64,000 nt of DNA from Eukaryota sp. TZLM1-RC (Eukaryota > Protista > Metamonada: BaSk clade), in contig JAUPSS010000014.1 of the NCBI GenBank assembly GCA_040285825.1, positions 324,321-388,320 of the forward strand, in the 5' to 3' direction. The notes beneath the pieces are model-generated. The model had not been told where the DNA came from, searched no databases, and saw only the letters and a program-made list of their open reading frames with translations. Below, one piece after another: positions 34,510-46,069 of this stretch (positions are counted from its first letter, which is position 1; every line of letters begins with the position of its first letter). Made by a program: the position numbers and the translations under genes.

Positions 34510-35830
34510 AAATGAAATTTGGTCTGATTAGACTAATTACCCAATTTTTATAACAAGATAACTGTATTTGTTTATATTCATCACAACTCACCTTTTGTCA
34601 TGTTCTAATTCTCCCCAATTGATATCTTCATGTTCTTCATTACATGTTGTTGTAGGAAAGAGTATTTTAAACATCGTTAGAAGTGCAAGAGTCGTGTATT
34701 AAAACGATCCTGCAGAAAAAATTCTTTTCATTGAATAATTGGTTCTGTTGATAGAGGTGATATTTGCTGCGATTGGATTGAAAACTCGGAGGTTGCTGCT
34801 GTTTTTTATCTCCTGTAATGCTGCAAAAGATACTGTGGTTTAAGATAGAAAACTCAACCCTGTAGAGCCTCTTGAATATAGAGTGAATGAAAAACAGAGA
34901 AAATATGGCAAATTTATTGAAAAAGCTTATCCTGATAGAAATTGACATTTGGTTTTTAATGCTCTTCTATTTAGTATAACAGGGAGGCTATTAGTAGAAA
35001 CAGAAGCTCTTTTTGAATGATTTTCAAAAATAGGTTCAAGAAACAACAGTGAAGAGAACTGTTGTCTTCTTGTGACGATCACCAATTCAATTTGCCATAA
35101 TTAAAGTATTCTTCATGCTCTGAAAAGTTATTTTGAAACGCAAACAAAACAAATTAACAAATAACTAGAACTCACTATTCTCAATACACGCACCAACATC
35201 ATCAAATCTCTTCAGTGTGTGAGTTTCATACTGTATTCCTTATTGTAACAGTGTTTTGATTATCATTTTGGGAATTGCTTTAAGTATTCTGAAACAATTC
35301 TATTGTGCCAGAAATTAAAGTTCAACTCTTTTCCTGCTCTTTCCTTTATTAAGGATCTGAAACCTTCAAGAAATTCAATACCAGATATTCCAATCTTACC
35401 AAAAAGGGAAACAGCAAATGGAACCAGCTCATATTTTTACATGCTCAACACGCCCAAGCTGAGATAAGGGCTCCTTGTACTTTTTGATTTTGCTCTTTTC
35501 AGCAAAGCAAAGTTGAGTTTCAGCTTTCTTTCAAAAATAGAGATCTGGTTTTTATTGCTTTCCCATTTTCTATAAACGGAGGACTATGAGCAACAGCAAA
35601 CTTTTTTGAATGCTTTCCAAACAATGTTTGAAGAAAGAACAATGAAAAAATTTGATATCTTTTTGTGGCGATCACGAATTCAATTGGCTATCAGCACATA
35701 ACTTCGCTTCTTTCGTTGAATTGGAGAATAAAAGCGAGAACACAAGCAGATCAGAACTTTGTGGGGGAAATCTTGATTCTTTTTTTGATCCTTTAGTATT
35801 TTAGTCCCATTAGTTCTGATGTTATTTTAC
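34510..35830. mobile_element. Cluster of decayed CRE-like retrotransposon 3' fragments in both orientations
   Basis: 34510-35100 and 35530-35830 (+) resemble 1760-2480 (gatagaggtga, ttgctttcccattttc, caagcagatca). 35240-35520 (-) encodes ELVPFAVSLFGKIG. Confidence 0.7.
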
Positions 35831-36419
35831 TAAATGTTTTTGTCATAAAATAATACCATAAAGTAACAATTAACTGTTATTCTTGGAAATATCAACAAAC
35901 ATCAGCAGTTTAATTTGCTCTAACTCTATTGTGTTAATATAAGCATTTTCTTTAAAAAGTTAATATAATTGCAAAGCGAAAATATTCGAAACATTTGATT
36001 TCCATAAAAGTATGATGATGATTCAACTGTCACCATTTTAACACACCATTGAGGGCAGCACCTCTTATTTTGTGGATAGTAGAGCTTTGAAAACAAAATA
36101 AGTCGACTGAATAATTTGGATATGAATCCGTTTATGAATCACTTGAAAATTACAATTAAACTAAATAATATATTACACTTATTGCTCAACATAACAGTAG
36201 TTAAATACTAACGAAGACCAGCACCATCATGGAATCTATCCATAAATTCAGTCAATTTTGTTAATTCTGTTGATGAATATTGAGAACAACGACTAAAAGA
36301 TCTTACAAACTCAGCAATATCAATCAAAGAAATATCTTTTTTACCATCCAATACTTACAATTTCGACACGAAAGTTTGTGTATTAAAGTTACTCCATTAC
36401 ACAATCTTTCGTATAATTC

Positions 36420-37300
36420 ACTTACCAATAGCCGTCTCACATCTCTTCCACGTCATTGGATTTTTAACCTTGGACAACCTTCAGCTTTCCTTGTTTGCTT
36501 CTTCACACTGAAACAACAACTGCTTCGACACTCTTCTATTGAAAAGACCTTTTAATCAGTATTTAAATAGAATTTTCAAAGCTTTCTTTGGTAGGTTCTT
36601 TGAATTTTATGGGTTTTCGTTGTTTCAAGTTTCCAATTCAGAACAAACAGTTGGCTGGGATCACAATTTACTGATTTGAATCACTGTCATTTTTCGGCAA
36701 TAATCATAATAATAAATAATATTTGTAAATTTTCAGACATTGTGCGATTGATGTTAGTCCACCACCTTACTTTTTGGAATAAGTTTTTTTGGAATAAATT
36801 TGGAGATAAACTTTGCCAACAATACTGTTTGGTGGCTGTTCTATTAAATTATGTATAGATCCATCTTTTGGTGTTGCTCCAATTCAGTTATAGATAAATC
36901 AGTCACCTTACCAGTAAACTGACTTATTGTGATAACAACGTGTTTCCCTATACCATTTCTTATTCTTTTTAATTAGGAATTTTTAGACTCACGTCTCTGA
37001 TGCTCATGAGTGTAACTAAAATGAATATACTTATCTCTTTCAGAGTGTCTTGAATGAGTTAATCCAGTATGAAAATTGACAGATGAATGAAATCAAAATG
37101 TTCTATATTCATAGCAACAAAGAATATCATCCCTTTGTTGCAACAAAGGGAGAGACAATTTTTCCTAATTCTTTCCAGTTTTTCAAAAGACATGGTTTGT
37201 TCCATTTTTTTTAATTTTTTAATGGTGACCAACTTAACAGAAAGCAAAATGTGCAATTCAATCTTTTCACTATTGTTGTACCACGCTTTTCGATTTCCGG
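36420..37300 (-). pseudogene. Decayed Fanzor remnant (same subfamily as 46070-47368)
   Basis: Reverse complement aligns by eye with 46320-47100: gagataagtatattcatttt, gtgatcccagccaa, aaattcaaagaacctaccaaa, KVFSIEECRSSCCF, tggaagaga. Upstream limit uncertain. Confidence 0.75.
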
Positions 37301-37865
37301 TTGCACACTACAGTATGTTCTCAAATGCCAAAAAATGGTTTTGAAAGAGCTTGAAGGTTTAACGGTAGTTGTTTTCCTGCAAGAACTGAATTTCACTTAT
37401 TGTTATATTGAAGAAATTTTATTGTGAAAAACACATTCATTGTGGAAGCTGAACTTGTTATAAACAAAATCAAAGGCGTCTGCTCAAAGGAAAGTGTACA
37501 GGCAAAGAAGCACAATATAACAACCAGAATGGGTTATTCCAATTTCCTCATATAGAATGTGGTGGGCAAAAGCATTGAATACACTGTGTAATCATGCTTC
37601 TAACTAACTGAAATGAGAGCAACTGGTTGTTTAAATGGGGTCAAGTAAATCTAATTTTCATCCAGTTAATGAAATTTTTTAACGTGATCAATCTTTTAAA
37701 ATTTCATTAAAACATCCACTCCAAATTTAGACAAATTAATTTATTGAAATACTTTTTTATTTTTTATTTATTTTTATTATTTAAATACTGACATCACTAA
37801 TGATGTACAACAGTGATAGTTAAATTATACAATATAGATACACTTCTCAACCCTCACAAAAGCTT

Positions 37866-39107
37866 TCACTCTTGCTCATCATCATTGACTACTTCATCCA
37901 CCACCTCCTCTACCTTTTCTTCTTCCTCTTTCTGTTCTCCTTCTTCAGTGACATCATCTGTCTTATTATACAATTGAACTTCCAAGCTCCGGAGCTTTGC
38001 CTCCAACAAAGCAATGGTTCTCTCCTCAGCAGCCAGCATTGAAGCTGTTTGCTCTTCTGTCTTTAATCGTTCATATTGCTCTGCATCAAGGCGTTTTCTG
38101 AGTGATTCTATTAATTGTAGAGGATGGTCATCATTGACATTTTCTTGTTTTTGTGGTTTCTCTTTCAGTAATTCAGATTTAATTGCCTCGATTAAGTCTT
38201 CTCTATTAGATAACTGTTCATCTGTTATCTTTGACTGATTAGGAAACTGATTTGATTGAGTCGACACTTGATTTGATTGAGCAGTCATTTGATTGATGAC
38301 TGATTGACTATTCCACGAACTATGAAAACTTTCCCCTTCATGGCCTTCAAAATTACTAATATCTCCCAATTGATGAACCAGCTCGGTACACTTGGCCCTC
38401 GTTTGCTCCAACAACTCTTCAGTTTTTAACCGTCTGAGTCTTTCCTGTTCCAGATCACGTGATAGCTGGGAAACTTCCTCCTGGTGTTGAGCTCTCTCTT
38501 GACTCCATTTGAACAGGATTTCCTTAAAGACTTCTTCCAACGATTCCTGTTCGGTATCAAGTTCTTCTTGGAAAACTGCCATTTTTTGTTTTAAATGATC
38601 ATAAGCCTCTATTCTGGTCTGCACAATGTTGAGAATGACAGAATCACGATCTTGTTCCTTCTCAACATTTTCAGATACATGAACTGCTTCCTCCTTACTC
38701 TCCTTTACCTCTTTGACTGGAGGCTGTTTGGGAGTCGGAGCAGGCTTTCTCACGGGCTTTTGCGTTGGTTTTGCAGGCTGTTGTTTAGGAGAGACTGTTT
38801 TGGTAGGTTCGTTTCTGGTTCTTGCTTCAGATCTGCTTCGTTTAGGTTTGGAGTCTGTTTGTTTTCTGTGTTTATTGACATATCGAGCAGAGTATCCTTT
38901 GCGAGGACTGGGTTGCCGTGGTTCATTGTTTTGATGAGGGGTTGAGAAAGAAGGAGTTGAGATTGGTGTCGGTTTGGGTTCTTGTGGTGATGGTTCTGGA
39001 TAAGGGGACTTTTTTGGTGATTCTCGAACAGGAGAAGGTTGTTGCTGTTGAGACTCACGTTGACGTATAGATTCGTAAGCCATTTCCAGAAGACGGGATG
39101 ACATCAA
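37866..39107 (-). CDS. Hypothetical protein: Pro/Ser/Lys-rich N-terminus, coiled coils, acidic tail
   Basis: 413-aa open frame with heptad-like E/Q/L-rich segments and an internal repeat (EQERLRRLKTEE / EQYERLKTEE). Confidence 0.75.
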   Translation of the reverse strand: MMSSRLLEMAYESIRQRESQQQQPSPVRESPKKSPYPEPSPQEPKPTPISTPSFSTPHQNNEPRQPSPRKGYSARYVNKHRKQTDSKPKRSRSEARTRNEPTKTVSPKQQPAKPTQKPVRKPAPTPKQPPVKEVKESKEEAVHVSENVEKEQDRDSVILNIVQTRIEAYDHLKQKMAVFQEELDTEQESLEEVFKEILFKWSQERAQHQEEVSQLSRDLEQERLRRLKTEELLEQTRAKCTELVHQLGDISNFEGHEGESFHSSWNSQSVINQMTAQSNQVSTQSNQFPNQSKITDEQLSNREDLIEAIKSELLKEKPQKQENVNDDHPLQLIESLRKRLDAEQYERLKTEEQTASMLAAEERTIALLEAKLRSLEVQLYNKTDDVTEEGEQKEEEEKVEEVVDEVVNDDEQE

Positions 39108-40256
39108 CTTACTATTGCAGAAAGAAAATGTTACAAATTGAGTAAGTTGTGTTAAGAGGATTTTAAATCAAAACTTTCACTGAAATGAGAACGACTTTCA
39201 GAGGCATAATAACCACCAAAGATTCTGAACCACATATTAAGACCTTCTACAGGCAAATAAATGGATTGGTTATTACTTTAATGCTGACATGCATGCCTTT
39301 GTGAGTATTTTTATCTTTTCTTACTCTCCTAGCTTGCTTCAGCATGTAGACGTTTATTGAAATTAGTACATAGACAATTCATTCGCAATTGTGTATGCTT
39401 TTATCAGTCATCAACAGGATCATTATGGCAATGTTTGGTTTCATGTAGCCTATTCTAACAAAGTCACATGTTCTGTGGAATTCAACATTACCAAAAGCGT
39501 ACAATGGGACATGGACTTTTCACAGCATTTCTCTCGATTAAGGTTGAAATAACATCAATAGGATCTGATATAGATGATTGTTAAAAGTTTCAACTGGAAA
39601 TTAAAGAGTTTTGAGTTTCAATATAATGAAATTGAAGATATTGGACCCAAAGATATTGATGCTATATATGGTGTCGTGAAAATCACCACAATGAAGGCAT
39701 TCATTTCAATTCACTGGCACTACTAGTGAAGTCACTACATTATAAATGCCGTCATTAGTGAAGTCAACGATAATGTTTAATGTACTGATTGCCCAGAGTA
39801 CAGTACCTTATATAATGATCACAATTTGTTTTCTCAACAGATTTCAAGACTGAAACTCTGGGATGTATGACATCAACTACTGTGAGTGATTTATGGCTGA
39901 AAATGGTTGTCATGATGATGTTTTTGGTGGGCGACCTGTTTTGAACTAAAGACCATCTTGTGGTGATACTCTTCATACAGCTTATCATGTCATTTTATTG
40001 TATATTTGCTGTCTTGAAAACACTTGAAAACAATGAAAACACTTCTTCTCGCAGAATTACTATATGATTATCTAAATGTGAAGAAGTGAACTACTATGAA
40101 CTGAATAGACGATGAGTCATCAGAAATCACTGTATCTGCCACATTATTATCAAGATTATCAAGAAGATTCGATACATGATTTTATTTCAATTACATTGAT
40201 TAAATTTAAAGCAAAAGTAATCCATCACTGTTAATTTTGCCTTCAATGTTGTTTGA

Positions 40257-40466
40257 CTACTTGCTATATCTCTGCTCCATACTTATTTGACTTGTAAACA
40301 GAGGTGCCGTGTCTCTTGGAATTAACTCTGGTCTGTCCAACGGAGTGGTCTTTGGATCAAACCTTGACTCTACTCTGTCCTTCCACTCTCCATCATTGAT
40401 GCAGGTGGCGAACTGACTGGAATCTTGAAAACGTCGAGAAGCTGAACTTGACCGAGGATATCGCAT
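40257..40466 (-). CDS. Small hypothetical protein
   Basis: 69-aa ATG-started frame (MRYPRSSS...) in a locally GC-richer patch; no recognisable motif. Confidence 0.3.
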   Translation of the reverse strand: MRYPRSSSASRRFQDSSQFATCINDGEWKDRVESRFDPKTTPLDRPELIPRDTAPLFTSQISMEQRYSK

Positions 40467-41113
40467 ACAGATTGTATTTAGCAAAGATAGGGTTCATTTT
40501 TGAGGAGTTCTTTTTCCCAAAAGTTAGTAAGATATTCTGATTTTCAGACATTATACTGTAATAGTTTGGCATAAATCAAATCTCTAGCTCAATTTCATTC
40601 ATTTGAATGTTTAATATTGACTTGAATTGAACAATGTAACCATCAGAATTATCTCAACATTTCAAATTTACTATTATAGAACACAAAACTTCTCTTTACA
40701 AATTATGCGAAGACAAACCAGGTCAACTTGTCAGTTTCAGTTTCTGCATCATCTTGAAAACTTTATTATTGGCCTTTGTTAAAAATACAATACTAAAGAA
40801 GAAAACTAAAACAATTGCAGGTAAGTTCATTTATTGAAGAACCTATCCAAAGGTGACTTTAAAAACTACTAGTCTAAATAATAGTTTGTGGTTCAAAGTA
40901 CAAACAAGTGGAACAAAAATCTTCAAAAAGTTGGTCCAACTAAAGATCTGTTTGATTAAAAACACAAATCCCACAGCCAAAGCCAATTCTCTGAGCAAAA
41001 GGAATTTCACAACACAAAAATAGCCTAAAACCAAAACAAAATAATTGAAAAGTTTCGAAACAATTTGATAATAAACCTAAATTACTTACACAATTTGATG
41101 ATAAAACAGAAAC

Positions 41114-42895
41114 TTATTTGGATCCGCAACAAAATGCATTACTCAAATCAACAACTCCTTGGCCTTTGAGTAAAGCTATAACCAAGCCGTCAACTACCAT
41201 ATCATCAACTATAGAAGAATCCCATTCCAAAACAACTTCATTTTCTTCTCTTCTTAACAAAACATTATTGACTCTGTACTGATCATCTGGTAAAATCTCC
41301 ACTTCCAATGGAAAACATCTTAACAATTCTCCCAAATCAACATCCGGTAATGGTAACCTCATAGTTTGTAATAACGAAACCTGTTCGTATACAGATTCTT
41401 GAACCAAGTCTTCCTCGGCAACGATAGAGTAATCCAAGTCTTGTTGTAGCAACACTCCATCAATCCTTCCACCTCTAGCAGCAGTTTCAGCTAGAGAACC
41501 ACGAACCAAGGCCACAGGGTCATGTTTGAATCTGAGTGACAAAGTTTTGGTATTCTTTGGATTATAAATTTGCATTCCAATTTTACCAAACTGTCGGTGT
41601 AAATCATTCTTAAATCTGGCCATCTCAGTAGCTTCGCCATGAACCAAAACCACGTGTCTTGGGTTCGTTTCAGAGAGAAATTCCTTTGTTTGGGAGGAAT
41701 CAGAATGTGCGGAGAATGATATATTAGAAATGACTTCTATATTACGATCCACTTTCCTACCGTCCAACAATTGTACCTGTAATGGGTCTTTTTGCAGTTG
41801 TTTTGCCATGGTACCTTCTACTGAGTAACCTGGTATTATCACCATGCTTTTAGCATCAGTACACCATCGGTCAAAAAGCTCACGTGATGTTCCTGACTGA
41901 AGCATACCAGGGGAAGCCATAACTACACATGGTTTAGAATCATCAAAACCAACAGATTCTCTCAAATATTTAATATGTTTGAAAACAAAAGGGTTTCGGA
42001 TATCAAATTCCCTTTGAATTTCGCTATTCATTGAGCTAATGGAAGACCTGAATAGTGGCATACATCGTTGTGCTAGTGAAGATGCATAGTATATAGGAAA
42101 TTGTTGAAGTTCAGGATGTTGATCCCAAAACTCGTCAAGAATTAATAACAATTCTTGAGCTCTTCCTAAAGCAAATACTGGTATCAAACATCTTCCTCCA
42201 CGTTTCACAGTCTTTGCAATGTTCCCCGTGAACTGAGCTTCCCTTTCTTCACGAGGTCTGTGTGTGGTGATACCATAAGTAGATTCACATATAACAACAT
42301 CAGGTTGAATTTGGGGGATCTCGGCAGCACATAAATGACGATCTTCGTGCCGGGAAAAATCGCCAGTGTAAAGGATTCGGACTCCGGCTATCTCAATCAT
42401 CCACATACAGGCCCCCAGTACATGCCCGGCATTGTAACACCAGAAACGAATCCCGTTGAGTTCACTAACTTGATGGTACTGTACAGCTTTTACCCTCTTG
42501 AGTGAGGTTTCAAGGTCTCGTTCTGTGAATAGAGGGGTTTCAGTGGCTTGGCGAAGGAAGTCAGACATGAGCATACGGAAGACAGAACGAGTGGGGTACG
42601 TCATGTAGACTGGTCCTGTGTAGCTTGTTTGTGTGCAAAAGTAAGGGACGGCTCCTATATGGTCTAAATGAAAATGTGATATGAGGACAGCGTCAATTGT
42701 AGAAGGATCTATTGCATCAAAAAAGGGTAATTGTTCTTCACCAGTTTCACCTGGGTGAATACCACAGTCAAGCATGACTGTGCGACCTTGATAAGAGACA
42801 ATAATACATGAACGACCAACTTCGCTACCTGCACCAAGAGGAGTAATACGTACAAATTCAGAAGCAAGACGTTTTTCAGGATCAGTTTGTGACAT
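41114..42895 (-). CDS. CPSF3: CPSF73/Ysh1 pre-mRNA 3'-end endonuclease (metallo-beta-lactamase/beta-CASP)
   Basis: PLGAGSEVGRSC, DCGIHP, SHFHLDH, AGHVLGA, YTGDFSR, ESTYG, PVFALGRAQEL, ASPGMLQSG, SFSAHSD, LVHGE. Confidence 0.95.
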   Translation of the reverse strand: MSQTDPEKRLASEFVRITPLGAGSEVGRSCIIVSYQGRTVMLDCGIHPGETGEEQLPFFDAIDPSTIDAVLISHFHLDHIGAVPYFCTQTSYTGPVYMTYPTRSVFRMLMSDFLRQATETPLFTERDLETSLKRVKAVQYHQVSELNGIRFWCYNAGHVLGACMWMIEIAGVRILYTGDFSRHEDRHLCAAEIPQIQPDVVICESTYGITTHRPREEREAQFTGNIAKTVKRGGRCLIPVFALGRAQELLLILDEFWDQHPELQQFPIYYASSLAQRCMPLFRSSISSMNSEIQREFDIRNPFVFKHIKYLRESVGFDDSKPCVVMASPGMLQSGTSRELFDRWCTDAKSMVIIPGYSVEGTMAKQLQKDPLQVQLLDGRKVDRNIEVISNISFSAHSDSSQTKEFLSETNPRHVVLVHGEATEMARFKNDLHRQFGKIGMQIYNPKNTKTLSLRFKHDPVALVRGSLAETAARGGRIDGVLLQQDLDYSIVAEEDLVQESVYEQVSLLQTMRLPLPDVDLGELLRCFPLEVEILPDDQYRVNNVLLRREENEVVLEWDSSIVDDMVVDGLVIALLKGQGVVDLSNAFCCGSK

Positions 42896-43029
42896 TGATT
42901 AAAAGGACAAAGCTGTCAAAATGTTTAGTTGGAGGAATTTGATAAATGAGGGCTTTGCTATAAATTTCACTTATCATGCATTCCCTTGTGAAATTCGCTC
43001 CTGTTTTCAACTTTCTCAGTGTCTACTCA

Positions 43030-43310
43030 CAGGATGTAAGAGACATGTAGCATCATTTGACAATAGGCTATCTCACTTAAATAAACCTACTGCTTTCACA
43101 GAACAAAGCCTCGCGACTTAATGTATCTAAGTGGATCTACCAAATGCTACTAAGGTATTTGTAGATCGGTCTCAAAACTGTTTCAAAAAAATCAAAAATA
43201 AAATAAAAAATCAAAATAAAATATCAGTTTTTCAAAAGTTTTTGTTTCTGTATGCTCAGGTTCCCCACTCATGTCCTCAACAGAGCTTCTGGGCAAATGT
43301 ATCTTTCCGG
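43030..43310 (-). ncRNA. Candidate Fanzor omegaRNA / right-end region
   Basis: Lies directly 3' of the Fanzor ORF. Inverted repeat GATCTAC(C)AAATGC..GTATTTGTAGATC at 43134-43167, AAAACTG/CAGTTTT stem (~43174-43231), and alternative pairing of 43047-43059 with 43141-43150. RNA identity is inferred only. Confidence 0.35.
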
Positions 43311-45275
43311 TCACAATTCCGCTTTCTTCTTAATTGGAATATTTTTTGCAGCGGAAATATCTCTGTCATATACTATTTGACACTCAGTACAAATACGCAT
43401 CTGCCATGAGTCTGCTTGAATATTCTCGGCCTCGCAACAACAGGAAAGTTTGCTTGTATTAAATTCACTGGTTGACAAGTGCTTCACATCCTTTTGATAA
43501 CACAACCATTTTTTGAAAGCCCTTGCTGATCCGTATCGATTGACTTTTCGGCAATGAGAAGGGAAATTAGCAGAACCCACAGCAAGATAGAGTTTATCAG
43601 GATGTCCAGCCAGCCTTTGAAATTTGTTGAGACTCTCTCTTTTCGTCTGCGGTTATCAAATTCTATTATTGTCCATTTCTGGTGATTACTTTCCAAATAC
43701 ACTTTCCTCCTGACCAAATTCCAATGGTTCAAATATTGGTTGAAATTTTGAACGGAATATTGGTTGGGAGAGTGTTTACTGGGTGAAGGTTGAATTCTAG
43801 ATGGGTTTTTTATCTCAATAAACATTTATTTATTAAAAAAAGGTGAAGGTTTTGCCATGTATCTTCTCCCAGTTGGACAAGGGATAACTCCACATTGATT
43901 ATCATTTAAGAAATAACCACATAATCTTGATTGTCCCAGATCAACGCCAATAAGGGACCTTTCAGGTAAAATTTCGACTGTATGTCTACGTCTTCGACGG
44001 GGCATTTTTTAGTGCCCTTCAACTGTGTTTCTCTGGGTTTTTTTTGGCATCAGGGTCACTTTTCATTTCTTTTTTCAATCTTCGTTTCTTTTTCGGTGGT
44101 TCATCCAGCTCATTTGTGTTTTCTGAGTCATTATTTTTACCTTCAAAGGTCAAAAGCAGTTCATTACCATTAGTTTTCAATACAATTTTTTTAAATCTAT
44201 TTTTCAAATTTTTTCTGTTGATATTGAATTTTTGGTAAGGACATTGTTTGAATATTCGTTTCAGACATGTATTTTTGATAAACTTTGTTTTGAAAGATGA
44301 TCCTTCAATAAATGGAAATATTTTCACAGATTGGAAAACATGTGAAGGTACCTCATGAAATTTAGAGCCTTTATGCGAAGCTAAAGGTATTATCCTAAAT
44401 TTCTTCCAGCAATGCATATAGGAAAAGAAAGTGAGTAAATATTGTGAAATTTTATGATTAAAGAGAAAAAGCTCACCAATTTCCTTTGATGAAAAGGTGA
44501 TTTTATCATGTTAGGACAGTAGGGAGGCAGTGGTAGGAAATCTTTGAAGGAGATTAAAGATAAACTTACTTGCATTTAATAAAAAGCAACTTTCTCTTGA
44601 ATTATTCAGATTGAAATTGATGTAGTGTTCGAGAACAGAATCAACAACTACTTCTACGGGTTGGGCTATGGGTTCATCTGGCAAAATAGAGATAAGATAA
44701 TTGGCACAGACATTCGTTTTATTTAGGGCTATACAATGAGCACGATTAAAGTGTTTTGTCCAGGATTGACAAATTTTAGGTAAACTTGTCTTCACGTCAG
44801 AGGCCAATTGACGAGCACGCACGACAAGCAAGGTAAGGAGAAAGCCCTTTTCTATTAATAAAATTACATTTCTGAGACTGCAGCCAAGCATTGAGAAAAA
44901 GATTGAAAGAATTTCTATAAGGCACTAAATAATTTTTTTATGAAGAAACAAGAAACCTATCTTGTGGGCATTCAGGAAGAAATCCACTGTTAAAGATATG
45001 GAGTAATTGGCTTTGGCCTTTAGAGGTGCATGGCTTTGGAAAAGAACCAGTGGTGATGACGGTCATAAACAGATACCATACATCTTGTTCCACTAAAGCT
45101 CTAGATGCAACGGAAAATTTAAAAGAAAAGATTGAAGCAATAAAGAAGCTTCATGACAAGCCTCGGTGACCAAAGGAAGGTCAGTCCGAATTTGTTGCAC
45201 CGCTGCAAGGGTCAGCAGCGAGTTAAGTGCACAAGACCGAGTGAATACACGTGAAACAGAGTGGGTGTTTGTCAT
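43311..45275 (-). pseudogene. Near full-length Fanzor1-like (TnpB-like) RNA-guided nuclease, ~650 codons, disrupted
   Basis: N-terminal SCALNSLL...EASLLL, GLSPYLA.RARQLA, FRIIPL, RuvC-I LIGVDLGQ (~43935-43955), RuvC-II SEFNTSK, Zn finger CCC..CTEC, RuvC-III DRDISAAKNI. Several frameshifts and stops. Confidence 0.85.
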
Positions 45276-45584
45276 GTAGTGAGAATAAACAGCTCATCTA
45301 TCAAATTTTACACTTGTCACCCCATTTTCGACTTCTTGTTGCCTGTTCTGGGAGGTTTTTAACCCTTAACTTGGTTTTGGGAGGTTTTCACTATTCCCAC
45401 ACTTTCCCCTCACTTCATAAATTAGGTTCTTATTTCCCTCACTCAACTTCTTTTTCGAGCTTTAGGACTCCCCTGTAATCTTTCAACTTCTTTCTATTAC
45501 TCCCTCAGTTCATGCCCCACTACTGACCCTCCACAAACTGTAACTTATGCTGCTCTACCACCGACGCCTCAACCGGTACAGTCC

Positions 45585-45842
45585 ATGTACACACCTCCTG
45601 CTCCTCGCTCATCCGGTAATCATACCAGGAAAACTGTCCATGAAAGCTCTGATTGGAAGTTAAACAAAACTGTTAGTCATTCATCAAACAAAAACGCTTC
45701 TGTCCCTAGCGTTTCACTTGGTTTGAAGCTTTCTAATGGCATCTCGAAGGAAAATGTTAACATTGAGCTAAACGAACGAGAGCTGGAAGCCCTTTTCAAT
45801 ACTGTTGAAGATATCTCTGTTCATTTAGACAATCTGTATTAA
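45585..45842 (+). CDS. Small COMM-domain protein (COMMD6-like architecture)
   Basis: DWKL..TVSHSS...PSVSLGLKL...IELNERELEALF..VEDI..HLD fits the COMM domain. An upstream ATG at 45512 is out of frame by one C in a C run, so the true start may be there. Confidence 0.7.
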   Translation: MYTPPAPRSSGNHTRKTVHESSDWKLNKTVSHSSNKNASVPSVSLGLKLSNGISKENVNIELNERELEALFNTVEDISVHLDNLY

Positions 45843-46069
45843 AATAAGTTATTTTGTAAATAAATAGTTGATGTTTTTGTTGTTTATTTGAACATTATTG
45901 GCACGTTATTATGCTAAGAAGCTCCTGAACTGTGTGTTCTAGGTTTGCTGTGTTTTATGTCTACACCATGATTGTCTTGAACAATTCTATTGAACAATTT
46001 CTATAAGAATAAAAGATAACAATTCAACTGCAACATGATAATAATGAAATAAAACAATGTATTGCACAG

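Noticed and set aside
39260-40200. Possible intron-containing gene on the plus strand
   Set aside because: No continuous frame or recognisable motif could be reconstructed, so it is left unannotated.
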